Part shown: positions 38,298 to 48,592 of the stretch, piece by piece
Layout: every line of letters begins with the position of its first letter
How positions within the stretch are numbered: the first letter of the stretch is position 1
Assembly: GCA_965116495.1 (NCBI GenBank)
Contig: OZ220696.1
Span: 1,184,001 to 1,248,000 of the forward strand
Length of the DNA: 64,000 nt
Source: Gammaproteobacteria bacterium
GTDB lineage: Bacteria; Pseudomonadota; Gammaproteobacteria; Eutrophobiales; Eutrophobiaceae
Reading direction: 5' to 3'
Translations under genes and position numbers: made by a program
The notes under the pieces: generated by a model
Told to the model about the DNA's origin: nothing
Database searches by the model: none
What the model saw: only the letters and a program-made list of their open reading frames with translations

Positions 38298-38671
38298 TTG
38301 TCAAGGATGAAATGCTGGCTTTTGCCGATGAGACGGGTTTAACGCCAAACGTTGTAGAGAAAGACTATGCGCTCGGTTGGTTGCTCGCTGCAGTTAATTC
38401 GAACCCTGTCCTATCGCAATCGTGGGTATTCAAGGGAGGCACTTGTCTGAAGAAACGCTACTTTGAAACTTACAGGTTTTCAGAAGATTTAGATTTCACG
38501 CTTCGAGATCAGAGTCATATCAATGAGACAGTTTTGAAAGAGCAATTCGTCTCCATTTCGGAATGGCTATATGAAGAAACAGGAATAGAAATTCCTTCTG
38601 ACAGGCTTGTATTTGACATATATGCCAATCCCAGGGGCGGACAATCCTGTCAGGGGCGCGTATATTGCTGA
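38294..38671 (+). pseudogene. AbiEii toxin, C-terminally truncated
   Basis: VEKDY, FKGGTCLKK.YF..YRFSEDLDF; stops at 125 aa against the convergent gene; no EK/RD motifs. Confidence 0.75.
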
Positions 38672-38673
38672 AG

Positions 38674-39630
38674 TCATCTGAGAATATGCCGTCTCACATT
38701 TTCGATTTTCCATAATAGTGCCGGAGATCGCGCCAATCGACCTGCCAGTTCCTCATCGTCAGGAAACAGCAACTCAGGCGATAGTTCACCGGCATGCACC
38801 AGGTCAATATATTCCCGCTCGGCCTCATCAAGCGTAACCAGCGGTTTCATAACGAACCATGCCTGTTTCTTCAACTCATTTGCAACTGGCCACACATTAC
38901 CCTGAAGCATCGGTACAAGCTGTTCCTCTATGCTTCTATCGGTGACACGCGCGAAGCGATCCTGTCCGTATTGATAAAGCGGAAGCGGCAGTGTAACCGC
39001 CAGCGCCACATGAATACGTCGCAATCGTTGGCTACCCCAAATATCCGCTCCGTATTTTGGCAATCGAATGGTATCGAATAGATCGCGCGGCAGCGCCCGG
39101 TCCAGAGTCGCGCGCAGCTTACCGGCATACAGTTCTTCCATAGGCACGACCCGAGTTTCCGGGGATGAAATTCCCGGTGGTTGCCAGAGCGGCCGTGTTG
39201 TGACTTCACCGAGGGGTACGCGAAATAAAAAGTTGAGATCGATCTCAATACGGTCTCGCGTACCGACCGAACTTGTGTAGGTGAGATAGAACTTCCGTCC
39301 GGCATGGGCATCGCGTGATTGTTGTACTCGGTATCCCTGTCCCTCTCCGATATTAGCGAGAGCCCGTTCAACCTTCGGGCGTTCAGCTTGCATACCCGCC
39401 GGATCCTCATGCCCGATATAATTGAAATCCAGATCAACCGAAAGCCGGGCCGGGGGGCCAAACAACAGATTCAATGCCGTACCACCTTTCAATATCAATA
39501 CACGTGATAGCAACGGATGACGCCCAACATCCGCGGCTAATTCACCCAGGCGGATCACTTTCTCCAATGTCTCCGTACGAAAACCAGTCTCCGTTGCGAT
39601 TCCTTCAATGAATTCAGCGCTGAGATTCAT
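38674..39630 (-). CDS. AbiEii-family nucleotidyltransferase toxin
   Basis: LEKV, LKGGTALNL, RLSVDLDFN, GKL.A..DR..PRDLFD. Confidence 0.9.
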   Translation of the reverse strand: MNLSAEFIEGIATETGFRTETLEKVIRLGELAADVGRHPLLSRVLILKGGTALNLLFGPPARLSVDLDFNYIGHEDPAGMQAERPKVERALANIGEGQGYRVQQSRDAHAGRKFYLTYTSSVGTRDRIEIDLNFLFRVPLGEVTTRPLWQPPGISSPETRVVPMEELYAGKLRATLDRALPRDLFDTIRLPKYGADIWGSQRLRRIHVALAVTLPLPLYQYGQDRFARVTDRSIEEQLVPMLQGNVWPVANELKKQAWFVMKPLVTLDEAEREYIDLVHAGELSPELLFPDDEELAGRLARSPALLWKIENVRRHILR

Positions 39631-40417
39631 CCGGCTCCATACCCTCCAGTATTGCGCCCGGGACGATCAGATTCCATCGTCGCACCAGTACGCCGCCACG
39701 TTGATCCCTGGCAAGATAAAGCGGCGCCTTTGGGACGTGCTTTTCTATTAATGCAAGATCACCATCGCTGACATAAAATGTCTTTCGATACAGCTCAAGG
39801 AACCAGCCGACCGCTGCCCACAACACCTTTTGTCCGAAAACATCCAGAAGCTCAAGCAACAGCGGCAACTCCAGAACAGGGAACCCCGCCGCCGACTCGA
39901 CAAACTCCGCAAGCCCGCCCACCAGGTCCGGCCGACGGAAACCATCGATCAAAGTACGTTCGGGCCCGGTAACTCGTAATTCACGATCAAGCCGGTGGAC
40001 GGAGCGCATGCCCCGATCAAAAGCCCGATGGCGCACCAGTGATTGCGGGTGGGACAGGAAGCGCAGTTCAAGGCCATCCAGATCGAACGACTGTGAACGC
40101 CTGGCGCTGTATGCGGTGCATAGCCGCCATTCGGAATGCGCGGCGCCCAGCAGTTCAAGCGCCGAATGATGGGAAAAGACCGCATCGGGTCGCATCGCCA
40201 CTGCCACTAGAAAACGATCCGGCTGAAATTTGGCAGCATCCACCCCCGGTGGCACCGAGGCATAGACCCCCCGTGTGAGCTTCTTCAGCTTGTTTCGTGC
40301 GGCTGCGTATTTCAGGCGCTCCAACGTTGCTTTACGCCCGCCGGACGGTGCCAATACCCGTGCGGCTTCATCGAGATTGAAGACCCGGTGCGTTTGCAAG
40401 AAGGTGCCCGTATCCAT
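39614..40417 (-). CDS. AbiEi-family antitoxin
   Basis: KKLTRGVY, SHHSALELLG, VTGPERTLID, RRWNL. Confidence 0.85.
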   Translation of the reverse strand: MDTGTFLQTHRVFNLDEAARVLAPSGGRKATLERLKYAAARNKLKKLTRGVYASVPPGVDAAKFQPDRFLVAVAMRPDAVFSHHSALELLGAAHSEWRLCTAYSARRSQSFDLDGLELRFLSHPQSLVRHRAFDRGMRSVHRLDRELRVTGPERTLIDGFRRPDLVGGLAEFVESAAGFPVLELPLLLELLDVFGQKVLWAAVGWFLELYRKTFYVSDGDLALIEKHVPKAPLYLARDQRGGVLVRRWNLIVPGAILEGMEPDESQR

Positions 40418-40531
40418 GAGTCAAAACTTGTCAATATTTGCGGATATTGGGAGGATATTCCCCTTTATATGGCATATGTGTCAAGTATTTTATGCTGAAA
40501 TTACTTGCCTGACCGTCTATCGCAATAAAAA

Positions 40532-40630
40532 TTGACCCGCCGCCCGTCGGTGGTTGGATAACCCCCAAGGTCGCGAAAGTTGACGCCGCCCTCCAGCGGC
40601 AATAATCGTTCCGGCATTCGGCTATTCAAC
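40532..40630. repeat. 99-bp direct repeat, copy 2 (DUF3604 stop plus the first ~28 codons of the phosphatase)
   Basis: Matches 33848-33946; ATG at 40617 starts MPERLLPLEGGVNFRDLGGY and then breaks off. Confidence 0.95.
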
Positions 40631-42505
40631 TGTTGGTGTATACCAGATCGGTGATGTATAAGCGCGCTCCTGGAGAAACATCGGCGTTTCGGCTGCAGGT
40701 TCGTCGCCGAAGATCTTTACATCGTAGGCCGTCCAGCGCGGGGTCGGAATCTCTATCACGCGCGCGTAGTACACCGCCGGCTGTGATGCATCAAATTCCG
40801 GGTCCTGCCAGAAGCCAACCAGTTGTGCATCACCTATCGAATCGGTCCAACTGGCATTGGCCACGTCCACTGTGTTCCCTACCGCAGGCAGCGTGCCGTC
40901 GTGCCTTGGTTCGCGCCGGTGTGCATCACCCCAGACCACGTTGAATATCTTCTCATGGGTCATGCCGCCGCCATCCAGCCAGCCCTTCACGATCTGGATA
41001 CGGTCGAGATTACCGCTCAAGGGGTCTTTCAGCGCGGCTACCAGGAAGGTGGGGGCCTGTCGTCCCGCTTCAGGGTGCAGGGTGCCTCCCATGGGCACTC
41101 CGCCGGCATACCCCTTGGGTACCAGCATCGGCGAGTTCGCATCCTCTGCGGAAAAATGCCAACCGCCGAATAAGCGTACCGTCATGCGCGGCCCGGTGGT
41201 GGCATAGACTTCCTTGCGCTGCATCGCATCCCATATGGACTCCCGGGTATTCTCTTCCGCCCATACCGCCGCATAGCCGGACGCGCTGGTTTCCCACACC
41301 CGCCACTGAGGCAGATCCGGAGCCGCCATGGGCAAAGCCATGCGGGCCGGCTTCGGCTCGTAACTCGCGAACTTGCCGAAGAAGTTGTTTTCACCGGCAG
41401 TTGAAAGTGCTGTGTGACTGTCCGTGGACCCCACCATACCGAATTGGTACGGGTTGACGCCGAGGGCGCGCGCCAGTTTGAGTCCGTTTTTCAGCGCCTC
41501 GCGGGCGTATTCGTATTGGAGCATGCCGGGTGTTTTCAACTTCGCTAAAGTGGCGTTGCCTCTGTCCCAGGTCTCGAAATCCGCGAATTCGTCTGTGGGA
41601 GAGAGATAGGGATGGGCCTCGCCGTCCCCTTTTATTTGAGTCACTTCGTAGAGCGGTTCCCAGCGGGCGCGTGTCTGCACATATTCCGCGTCAATGGCAG
41701 CCCCCGTGTTGGGGTTGGTCTCTACCGGAAACATCTGGCCGTTGCTCAGGTTGCCGTTGTGAGCAAGCGCCAGCACCTTGCCGCCGGTTTCCTTCTCGTA
41801 GCGCTGCATCCATTTCCACAGGTCCTGAGGATTAATGCTGTCGGCGGCCGTGAACGGTTGCAGTTTGCGCGCGCTATCCGCCCCGCCCCGGTAGAGCACA
41901 TTGCGATGCAGCTTGTCTCCACCTTTCATCGGCGTCCATTCGTAACCGATAAAGGCGGTAAAGCGCCCGGGATCGTTGTACCGATCCGCCGTCTCTACGT
42001 AGCGTTCCCAGACCGAGCGCATGATCGTCTGGTCCAGGAGTGGTCCTGAATAGTCACCATCGAGCACGCGCATGATCACACGCATTGCACCCTTCGCCGC
42101 CTCGCCTCCCGCCTTGAGTCCGTTGTGCATATCCAGAAGCTCGGGATGCTCCAGCAGTGCCGGGTTGCCCAGGATCAATTGGTCCATGACCCCCAGCGCA
42201 TCGGAATGATCGGATACCACCAGAAAGTCCAGGGGACGGGCGAGGCGCACGGCCTGGCCGCTGCTGGAAACTACTTTTTCACCGCGGGCAAACCGGTACG
42301 CGTCTTCGACAGTCAAAGTTACTCCCGTCGCGCGGGCATCCAGAGAGTTGGTGGTATGCAGGTGAGTATCACCCCAGAGAGGTTGTGTCGGATAGTTCAC
42401 ATCTGCATAGGGCGAATAGCGCAGCTCAGCGCCTGACGCCACAAAGGGGACAATGCAGAGCAACGAACACATGGCGACCGCTATTTTCCAGACTGCAAAT
42501 TTCAT
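40622..42505 (-). CDS. DUF3604 domain protein (exported PHP-like metallohydrolase)
   Basis: Signal peptide; WGDTHLHT..S.DA, LDFLVVSDH, IGYEWT, HNGNLSNG, GSTDSH, QERAYTSPIWY. Confidence 0.9.
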   Translation of the reverse strand: MKFAVWKIAVAMCSLLCIVPFVASGAELRYSPYADVNYPTQPLWGDTHLHTTNSLDARATGVTLTVEDAYRFARGEKVVSSSGQAVRLARPLDFLVVSDHSDALGVMDQLILGNPALLEHPELLDMHNGLKAGGEAAKGAMRVIMRVLDGDYSGPLLDQTIMRSVWERYVETADRYNDPGRFTAFIGYEWTPMKGGDKLHRNVLYRGGADSARKLQPFTAADSINPQDLWKWMQRYEKETGGKVLALAHNGNLSNGQMFPVETNPNTGAAIDAEYVQTRARWEPLYEVTQIKGDGEAHPYLSPTDEFADFETWDRGNATLAKLKTPGMLQYEYAREALKNGLKLARALGVNPYQFGMVGSTDSHTALSTAGENNFFGKFASYEPKPARMALPMAAPDLPQWRVWETSASGYAAVWAEENTRESIWDAMQRKEVYATTGPRMTVRLFGGWHFSAEDANSPMLVPKGYAGGVPMGGTLHPEAGRQAPTFLVAALKDPLSGNLDRIQIVKGWLDGGGMTHEKIFNVVWGDAHRREPRHDGTLPAVGNTVDVANASWTDSIGDAQLVGFWQDPEFDASQPAVYYARVIEIPTPRWTAYDVKIFGDEPAAETPMFLQERAYTSPIWYTPTVE

Positions 42506-42628
42506 CTCAAGCTCCGTGTTCAGGTACAGGGTTAATGTCATGCTGTGCGAAATTCCCAGCCCGGCCCACTTCAGTTGCTGCGGCTTGGAATTTGTATTAT
42601 GCACATCCGCGCCTCTACTACAAGTCAC

Positions 42629-42672
42629 TTGATCTTAATTGCAGGTGAGCTTATACTTAACGAACGTTCAGT
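42629..42672 (+). promoter_or_regulatory. Promoter and TetR-type operator
   Basis: TTGATC-17-TATACT; imperfect palindrome ACTTAACGAACGTTCAGT at 42655-42672. Confidence 0.6.
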
Positions 42673-42685
42673 CAGGAGACGTTTC

Positions 42686-43267
42686 ATGAAAGCCACTGCT
42701 ACACACATGCTCTCGGTCGCTGCAAAGCAATTTGCCGAAAAGGGTTATTCGGGCGCTTCCATGCGCAACATCGCCAATGCCGTCGGGACGACCCAGGCAG
42801 CGATATACCACCATTTTCCAAACAAGAACGCCCTCTACCTGGCCGTGCTGGCCAGACATTTTGATGCTAAATCCAGTGGCATGGCTGATGATCTGGCCCA
42901 GGTCAGTGATCCGGAAGAGCGTTTGCAAATCCTGGTTCACCGTTTGCTTGATCTGGTGGAGGAAGATGAACAGTTTCGCCAGCTCTATTTTCGCGAACTG
43001 CTGGAGACTGACGAACAGCGTTTGCGCGTACTGGCAGACAACGTGTTTGGCGAATTGGCTGTCACCCTGACCGCTCTCCTGGGTGAACTGGCGCCGCGAA
43101 TGGACTCTCACCTTATGCTGCTTTCACTCGGCGGCCTGGTTTGCCACCACCTTGAGGCGCGCAAGCTCAGTCCCTTCCTGCCGGGAGGTAAACGTAAACA
43201 CCAACAGCTGGATGTGCTGGCTGAACACATTACGGAACTCCTCCTTCACGGAGTACAGCGGTCATGA
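42686..43267 (+). CDS. TetR/AcrR family regulator
   Basis: FAEKGYSGASMRNIA..VG...AAIYHHFPNK..LY. Confidence 0.93.
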   Translation: MKATATHMLSVAAKQFAEKGYSGASMRNIANAVGTTQAAIYHHFPNKNALYLAVLARHFDAKSSGMADDLAQVSDPEERLQILVHRLLDLVEEDEQFRQLYFRELLETDEQRLRVLADNVFGELAVTLTALLGELAPRMDSHLMLLSLGGLVCHHLEARKLSPFLPGGKRKHQQLDVLAEHITELLLHGVQRS

Positions 43268-45705
43268 GGCAGGGAAAAAACGACTATCTGCACAAGGCCG
43301 ATGAGCTGTTCGGTCACCTGGGCCTTTGGATGTATGGCCACAAACTCATCGTCCTGCTGTGCGCACTGGGATTACTGGTCACCGGTCTTTACTTCGCCGG
43401 CAAGACTCGTGCCGACAACGGTCTGGACAGCTTTTTTGACGCGACAGACACTGCCTATAACGCCTATATAACCTACCAGGATGAGTTCGGTTCAGACGAG
43501 GTGGCTTATATCCTTTACACGGTTCCCAACAGTCCCTACGGCCCCTTTGACCTGGACGCCATGCAGCGCATAGCGCAACTGACCGAGGCCCTGGAATACG
43601 AGGTGCCTTTCGTAAGGGACGTTACCAGCCTGAGTAACGTGGAGTTCATCACCGCCGATGGCGATTTCCTTGAGATCCACGAGTTGGCGCTGGATATGCC
43701 GGAGGACCAGGCCGGCCTGCTGGAACGCGGCGATGCGATGATGCAAAAGCCCAGTTACCGTGGCGCCATCGTCAACAACGAGGCCACCCATGGCGCTATC
43801 ATCCTGGAAATGACTATTTCCATCAACGATCCGCTGGACGAAATAAGACTGGACCCGGAAGGTGGCGACGGGCTGCCCAACCTGTATCCGCAGGCGGCCA
43901 AACACAAGATCGACGAGATCCTGTCCCGGCCGGAATACACCGGTATTGATTTTTACCTGGGCGGTGATGTCCAGATGAGCTCGGCCTACAACGAGACCGT
44001 CACACGTGACACGGTCCGGCAAACCCTGTTGACACTGGCCTTGGTCAGTATCATTGCCATGATATGCTTCCGCATGCAGTTTCTGGGGCTGGCCGGGCCG
44101 CTTTCCGTTGTGATTCTCGCCCTGATCCTGACCATAGGCTTCATGGGCCTTGTCGGCTACGAGATGGGGATTCTGTTCCTTATTGTGCCCACCTTCCTGA
44201 CCGCCATCGGTGTTGCGCAGTCGGTACACCTGATCACCGAATTCAACCTGATGCGCGCCCGGGGCCTGGACCGGCGAGAGGCAGTACAACAGGCCATGGA
44301 ACACGTGGCCATGCCCTGCCTCCTGGCGGCATTTACCACGGCGGCAGCGTTCCTGGTCATGGCGACCTCTAAACTGCGCGCCTTGTCGGAAATAGCCGTG
44401 TACCAGAGCGTTGGTGTGATGCTTGCCTTCCTTGCCAGCATCACCGTCATGGTCTGTTACATGTCCATGGGCAAAGACAGACCGCACAAATCACTCGATC
44501 CGTCGGAGAGGAAGTCCGGCCTGTTGTATCATCTCCTCCACCGCGTTGCAGCATTGAACCTTAAGCGTCCCTTCGCCATCATGGCGGTGTTCGGTGTAAT
44601 TCTGACAGGTTCCATGATCGGGATCGGCAAACTGCACGTAGGCTTCAACTTCCTGGAGGAATTCAAGCCACATACCCGGTTCCGGCTGGATACCGACCAC
44701 ATACAAAACGTGATGGGCGGCATGCTTAACGTGGTTTTCATCTACGACAGCGGTAAGGCCGACGGCATCAAGAGCAGCGAGATGCTTGCCCACCTTGAAG
44801 GGCTCCAGGCCTATGCTGAGCGGTCGACCATTGTCGAAAAGAGCTACTCTGTGGTCGATATTCTCAAGGATATAAACCAGAGTTTTCACGGTGATGACCC
44901 GGCCTACTACCGACTGCCGGAAAGCGGCGAGTTAATCGCACAGTACCTGTTGTTGTATGAGATCTCCGGCGGCGAAGAACTCAGTGATTTCGTAAGTGGC
45001 GACTACCGCCGGACTGCCCTGGAACTGCGGGTGGATATTACTGATTCGAGACATATCAAGGCCTTGATCGACGACCTGGAGCGCTATATGGCGGCGCACC
45101 CTGTATCCGGCGCAGAGATCCGGATCACAGGCATGGGTTTATTATGGGTCAGGATAGCCAGTTATATCGCCGAGAGCCAGATGTGGGGCTACGGGCTTGC
45201 CTTCATCATCATCGCCCTGGTAATGTGCCTGGCTTTCCGTTCAGTGAAAGTTGGCCTGCTTGTCATGATTCCCAACCTGTTTCCTGCTGTTCTGGTTCTG
45301 GGCTTTATGGGCTTGAACGGCATGCAACTGGACTATTTCAAGCTGATGCTGGCCACGGTAGCCATCGGTATCGCGGTTGACGACACGGTGCACATTTCCA
45401 CCCGCATACGAAAAGAGTTCCACCGTTCCGGCAACTACGAGGAAGCCATTCGGACCAGTCTGTTGAGCACGGGCCGGGCTCTTGTCATTACCACTATCAT
45501 CCTTTCACTGTCCTTCCTTGTATACACGGTTTCCGATATGGCAATACTGGCAGATTTCGGGATACTGCTATCTGCCACCATGGTTTCGGCATTGGTCGCC
45601 GACCTGTTCCTGTTACCTTGCCTGGTGCTGGTGCTGAAGCCCTTTGGGCCGGAATACGAACCGGCCACTGTCAGTGATCCGGCGCCCGCAACCCACACAG
45701 TATGA
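43264..45705 (+). CDS. MMPL/RND family transporter
   Basis: Two-repeat RND topology; AIGIAVDDTVH, GRALVITT. Confidence 0.92.
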   Translation: MRQGKNDYLHKADELFGHLGLWMYGHKLIVLLCALGLLVTGLYFAGKTRADNGLDSFFDATDTAYNAYITYQDEFGSDEVAYILYTVPNSPYGPFDLDAMQRIAQLTEALEYEVPFVRDVTSLSNVEFITADGDFLEIHELALDMPEDQAGLLERGDAMMQKPSYRGAIVNNEATHGAIILEMTISINDPLDEIRLDPEGGDGLPNLYPQAAKHKIDEILSRPEYTGIDFYLGGDVQMSSAYNETVTRDTVRQTLLTLALVSIIAMICFRMQFLGLAGPLSVVILALILTIGFMGLVGYEMGILFLIVPTFLTAIGVAQSVHLITEFNLMRARGLDRREAVQQAMEHVAMPCLLAAFTTAAAFLVMATSKLRALSEIAVYQSVGVMLAFLASITVMVCYMSMGKDRPHKSLDPSERKSGLLYHLLHRVAALNLKRPFAIMAVFGVILTGSMIGIGKLHVGFNFLEEFKPHTRFRLDTDHIQNVMGGMLNVVFIYDSGKADGIKSSEMLAHLEGLQAYAERSTIVEKSYSVVDILKDINQSFHGDDPAYYRLPESGELIAQYLLLYEISGGEELSDFVSGDYRRTALELRVDITDSRHIKALIDDLERYMAAHPVSGAEIRITGMGLLWVRIASYIAESQMWGYGLAFIIIALVMCLAFRSVKVGLLVMIPNLFPAVLVLGFMGLNGMQLDYFKLMLATVAIGIAVDDTVHISTRIRKEFHRSGNYEEAIRTSLLSTGRALVITTIILSLSFLVYTVSDMAILADFGILLSATMVSALVADLFLLPCLVLVLKPFGPEYEPATVSDPAPATHTV

Positions 45706-46066
45706 GAGATCGTCATGTTTGCAAAGAAATACATGTATTTGATTACCCTGGCCATGAGCTCCCCGGCGCTTGCGCAGGCGGTCCATGATCAGGACGCCGT
45801 GGAAAAAGGCATCGCCATCGCCGCCGAAGCAGATCGCCGCGACAGCGGTTACGTGGACAGCGAGGAGTCCTTCACCATGGTGCTGCGGGACAGCAAGGGG
45901 CGCGAGCGTTTTCGTACCCTGCGCACGAAAACTCTGGAACGCACTGACGACGGCGACTGGAGCCTGACCATCTTCGACGAACCGGCGGACGTTAAAGGCA
46001 CCGCCATGCTCACCTACAGCCACGGCCTGGAGCCTGACGACCAGTGGCTTTACCTGCCGGCCTTAA

Positions 46067-48153
46067 CCCAAGTTTACCAATCTAAAAAATAAATCGTTAT
46101 ATGTCAATGGGTTAGATTGACATAATTCCGCTTATGGCACTACATTCGCGCCATGTTGCGGACGCTGTACTCAGACGATCTCTTTCTGCGTACCGCCGGG
46201 TGGTCCACGAATTCCCAAGGCGTCCAGGATGGCCTGTTGCGGCGGTTCCGGACGGGTGGCCTTGCGCACGTGCACGGTACGTCCGTCTTTGCGCCGGACC
46301 GTGGCGGTCACCCGCTGACGGGCGCCGAGGATGCGCCGCAGCGTGGTCCAACTTGCGTTGCGGCAGGATTCATCGCCGTGCGCGGCCAGACGACGGCGGA
46401 CCACCTGGACCAGTTGGTAGGCGATGACGGTGATGAACAGGTGGCCCTCGGCGCGTCGGGGCGTGCGGTGATAGATGGGGCGCAATCCCAGCTCGGATTT
46501 CAAGGCGCGGAACACTGCTTCGATGTCGGTGAGCAGGGTGTAGGTCTGCCACAGCCGCGCCTCATCCCAGTCGGTGAGGTTGCTGCGCAGGCAATAGATG
46601 CCGGGGTGGGTGAGCATCGAGCCGGTGACCGGCTGGCGCTGCCAGCGTACGGCCACGGCCCGTTGGCCCTTGGCATCGGTGTCGACCTCGATGGTATAGT
46701 GCTGGCCGATGCCGTGGCTGCGGGCTTTCAAGCGTCCGATACGTTCCCGGACGTAGCCTGGCTGCTTGCGCGTACGCGGCCGGGACAGGCCCTCGTGCAG
46801 CGCGCTGAGGCCCTGCTCAAAGCGCGCCATGAAGCGTTCGGCGATGGCGCGCTCTTTCTCGGCCCGCGCCGCCGAGTAACAGTACAGGCGCACCTCACCG
46901 GCCTTGGCATCGGCCACCTGCTCCAGTTGGACCGTCTCGCCCCCACGGGTACGATGGGCCAGGGCGGCGTCCACGTCGAACCGGCGCTGTTGTTCCCGGC
47001 TCACCACGATGTAACGGTAGTCGTTATCCTTGAGCCAGGTGACCTGCGCCTCGGTGGCGATGCCCCGGTCGAGAATGACCAAGGCCCCCGGCGGGGTCTT
47101 GAGCGCCTCCAGCATCCCGGCCAGGGTGGTCTCCTCGCGCACGTTGCCGGCAAACACCCGTGAACGGCGCACGAAGCCGCTCGCATCGAGCACCAGCCCC
47201 AGGGTGAGCAGCTTGCAGTCGCTGCGTTTCTCTTTCGAATGGCCGCGCTGCGCCAGCGGCTGCCCGTGGGCCTCGCCCTCGTAGTAGGTGTTGGTCAGGT
47301 CATACAGGGTGACCGTCGGCGCCAGGTCAAACAAGTCCATGGCCTGCGCGAACAGGTGTGTCTCAATGACCGCACGGTGTTTGAGCAGCGCATCGGAAGC
47401 CCGGTACAACTGCATGGCGCCCATGCGTTCGAAGTTCACGTCCAGCAACTCGCCCAGGGCACTGCGCTCGCATAACCAGGCATGGGTGGCCCGCTCCGAG
47501 GCCGGGCACGCCAGCCGGCCCACGATGGAGCCGATGGTGGCGGCGCGCAGGGATGCATTGACGCCCTGTGCCGCGAGTAACTCGTCCAGCCCCACCTGTG
47601 CCAGGGCCCACAACCCCACCTGCTCCACGCCCACGCTGCGCGGGCGGGTCAAGGCCAGCGAGTCCAGATCGACTGCCATCCACGCCGGCGCCGTTCCCGT
47701 CTCGTCCGGTCGAGACCGGGCCAGCAGTTGGGCGCTAATCTGTTGTGCCGCACTCTCCACGCCGGCGGGCAGGCTCGCCAGCAGCGACGTCTGGCCCTGG
47801 CGCAACGCCTCAATACGTTGGCACAGGGTCGGCCAGTGTTGTTTATCGATAGCAAACTCGCTGCCGAGGTTCAGCAGGGTGCGTTGGCGCACCTTGGTGC
47901 CCGCGCGCTCACTGTGCACCAGGCGGTGGGAGTAATAGGCCTGGCCGTCGGTACGGCGGGTGAGGGTACGGCGGATGAACATAGGGGGAGAGGATACCGC
48001 TCTACCACACCGATGTCAATATAAATATTCATATTATGGCACTACAATGGCCAGACAACCCGTCACTCACCAAAAATCAATGCGTTACGATGACGAACCC
48101 GGCAGAAAATAGCAACATCCAACTAAATGCCAGTGAATCTTGGTAAACTTGGG
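46067..48153 (-). mobile_element. IS1634-family insertion sequence
   Basis: 14-bp terminal inverted repeats CCCAAGTTTACCAA / TTGGTAAACTTGGG; flanking TTAA at 46063-46066 and 48154-48157. Confidence 0.92.
46171..47982 (-). CDS. IS1634-family DDE transposase
   Basis: MFIRRT...QRTLLNLG, YDLTNTYYEG, GHSKEKRSD, LDRGI, IEAVFRALKSELGLRPIYH. Confidence 0.93.
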   Translation of the reverse strand: MFIRRTLTRRTDGQAYYSHRLVHSERAGTKVRQRTLLNLGSEFAIDKQHWPTLCQRIEALRQGQTSLLASLPAGVESAAQQISAQLLARSRPDETGTAPAWMAVDLDSLALTRPRSVGVEQVGLWALAQVGLDELLAAQGVNASLRAATIGSIVGRLACPASERATHAWLCERSALGELLDVNFERMGAMQLYRASDALLKHRAVIETHLFAQAMDLFDLAPTVTLYDLTNTYYEGEAHGQPLAQRGHSKEKRSDCKLLTLGLVLDASGFVRRSRVFAGNVREETTLAGMLEALKTPPGALVILDRGIATEAQVTWLKDNDYRYIVVSREQQRRFDVDAALAHRTRGGETVQLEQVADAKAGEVRLYCYSAARAEKERAIAERFMARFEQGLSALHEGLSRPRTRKQPGYVRERIGRLKARSHGIGQHYTIEVDTDAKGQRAVAVRWQRQPVTGSMLTHPGIYCLRSNLTDWDEARLWQTYTLLTDIEAVFRALKSELGLRPIYHRTPRRAEGHLFITVIAYQLVQVVRRRLAAHGDESCRNASWTTLRRILGARQRVTATVRRKDGRTVHVRKATRPEPPQQAILDALGIRGPPGGTQKEIV

Positions 48154-48592
48154 TTAAAACGCGTGAAACGAATTTCCTCCAAAAATCGCTCCGGGCCGTT
48201 CATGGGCAGCGAGTTTGCCTTTGAGGATTTGAGCGACTTCGAGTTGGAAAAATACAGCTATCGATACCTGCGTGATGAGCCGTGTGGCGAGCACAGCTGT
48301 TTTGTCTCCGAGTGGGTGCCCGCCTATGAGCACTCCGGTTACACCCGGATCGAAGTCTGGCACGACCGGGAGGAATACCGTGAGCAAAAAATAGAGTTCT
48401 ACGATAAAGTCGGCAAGCACCTGAAAACACTGGTGCTTAACGACTACTCACTTTACCGGGAACGCTTCTGGCGCCCCCTGAAGATGGAGATGACCAACCA
48501 CAAGACAGGCAAGGCCACCCTGCTCCACTTCAACAATATTGAGTTGGGAGCAGGTCTGACCGAGCGTGAGTTCGACCAGAACTCCCTCAGAC

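Noticed and set aside
46153-47163. 336-aa + strand ORF and other long ORFs opposite the transposases, MMPL, TonB receptor and RTX genes
   Set aside because: Antisense shadows of GC-rich coding sequence with no recognisable motifs
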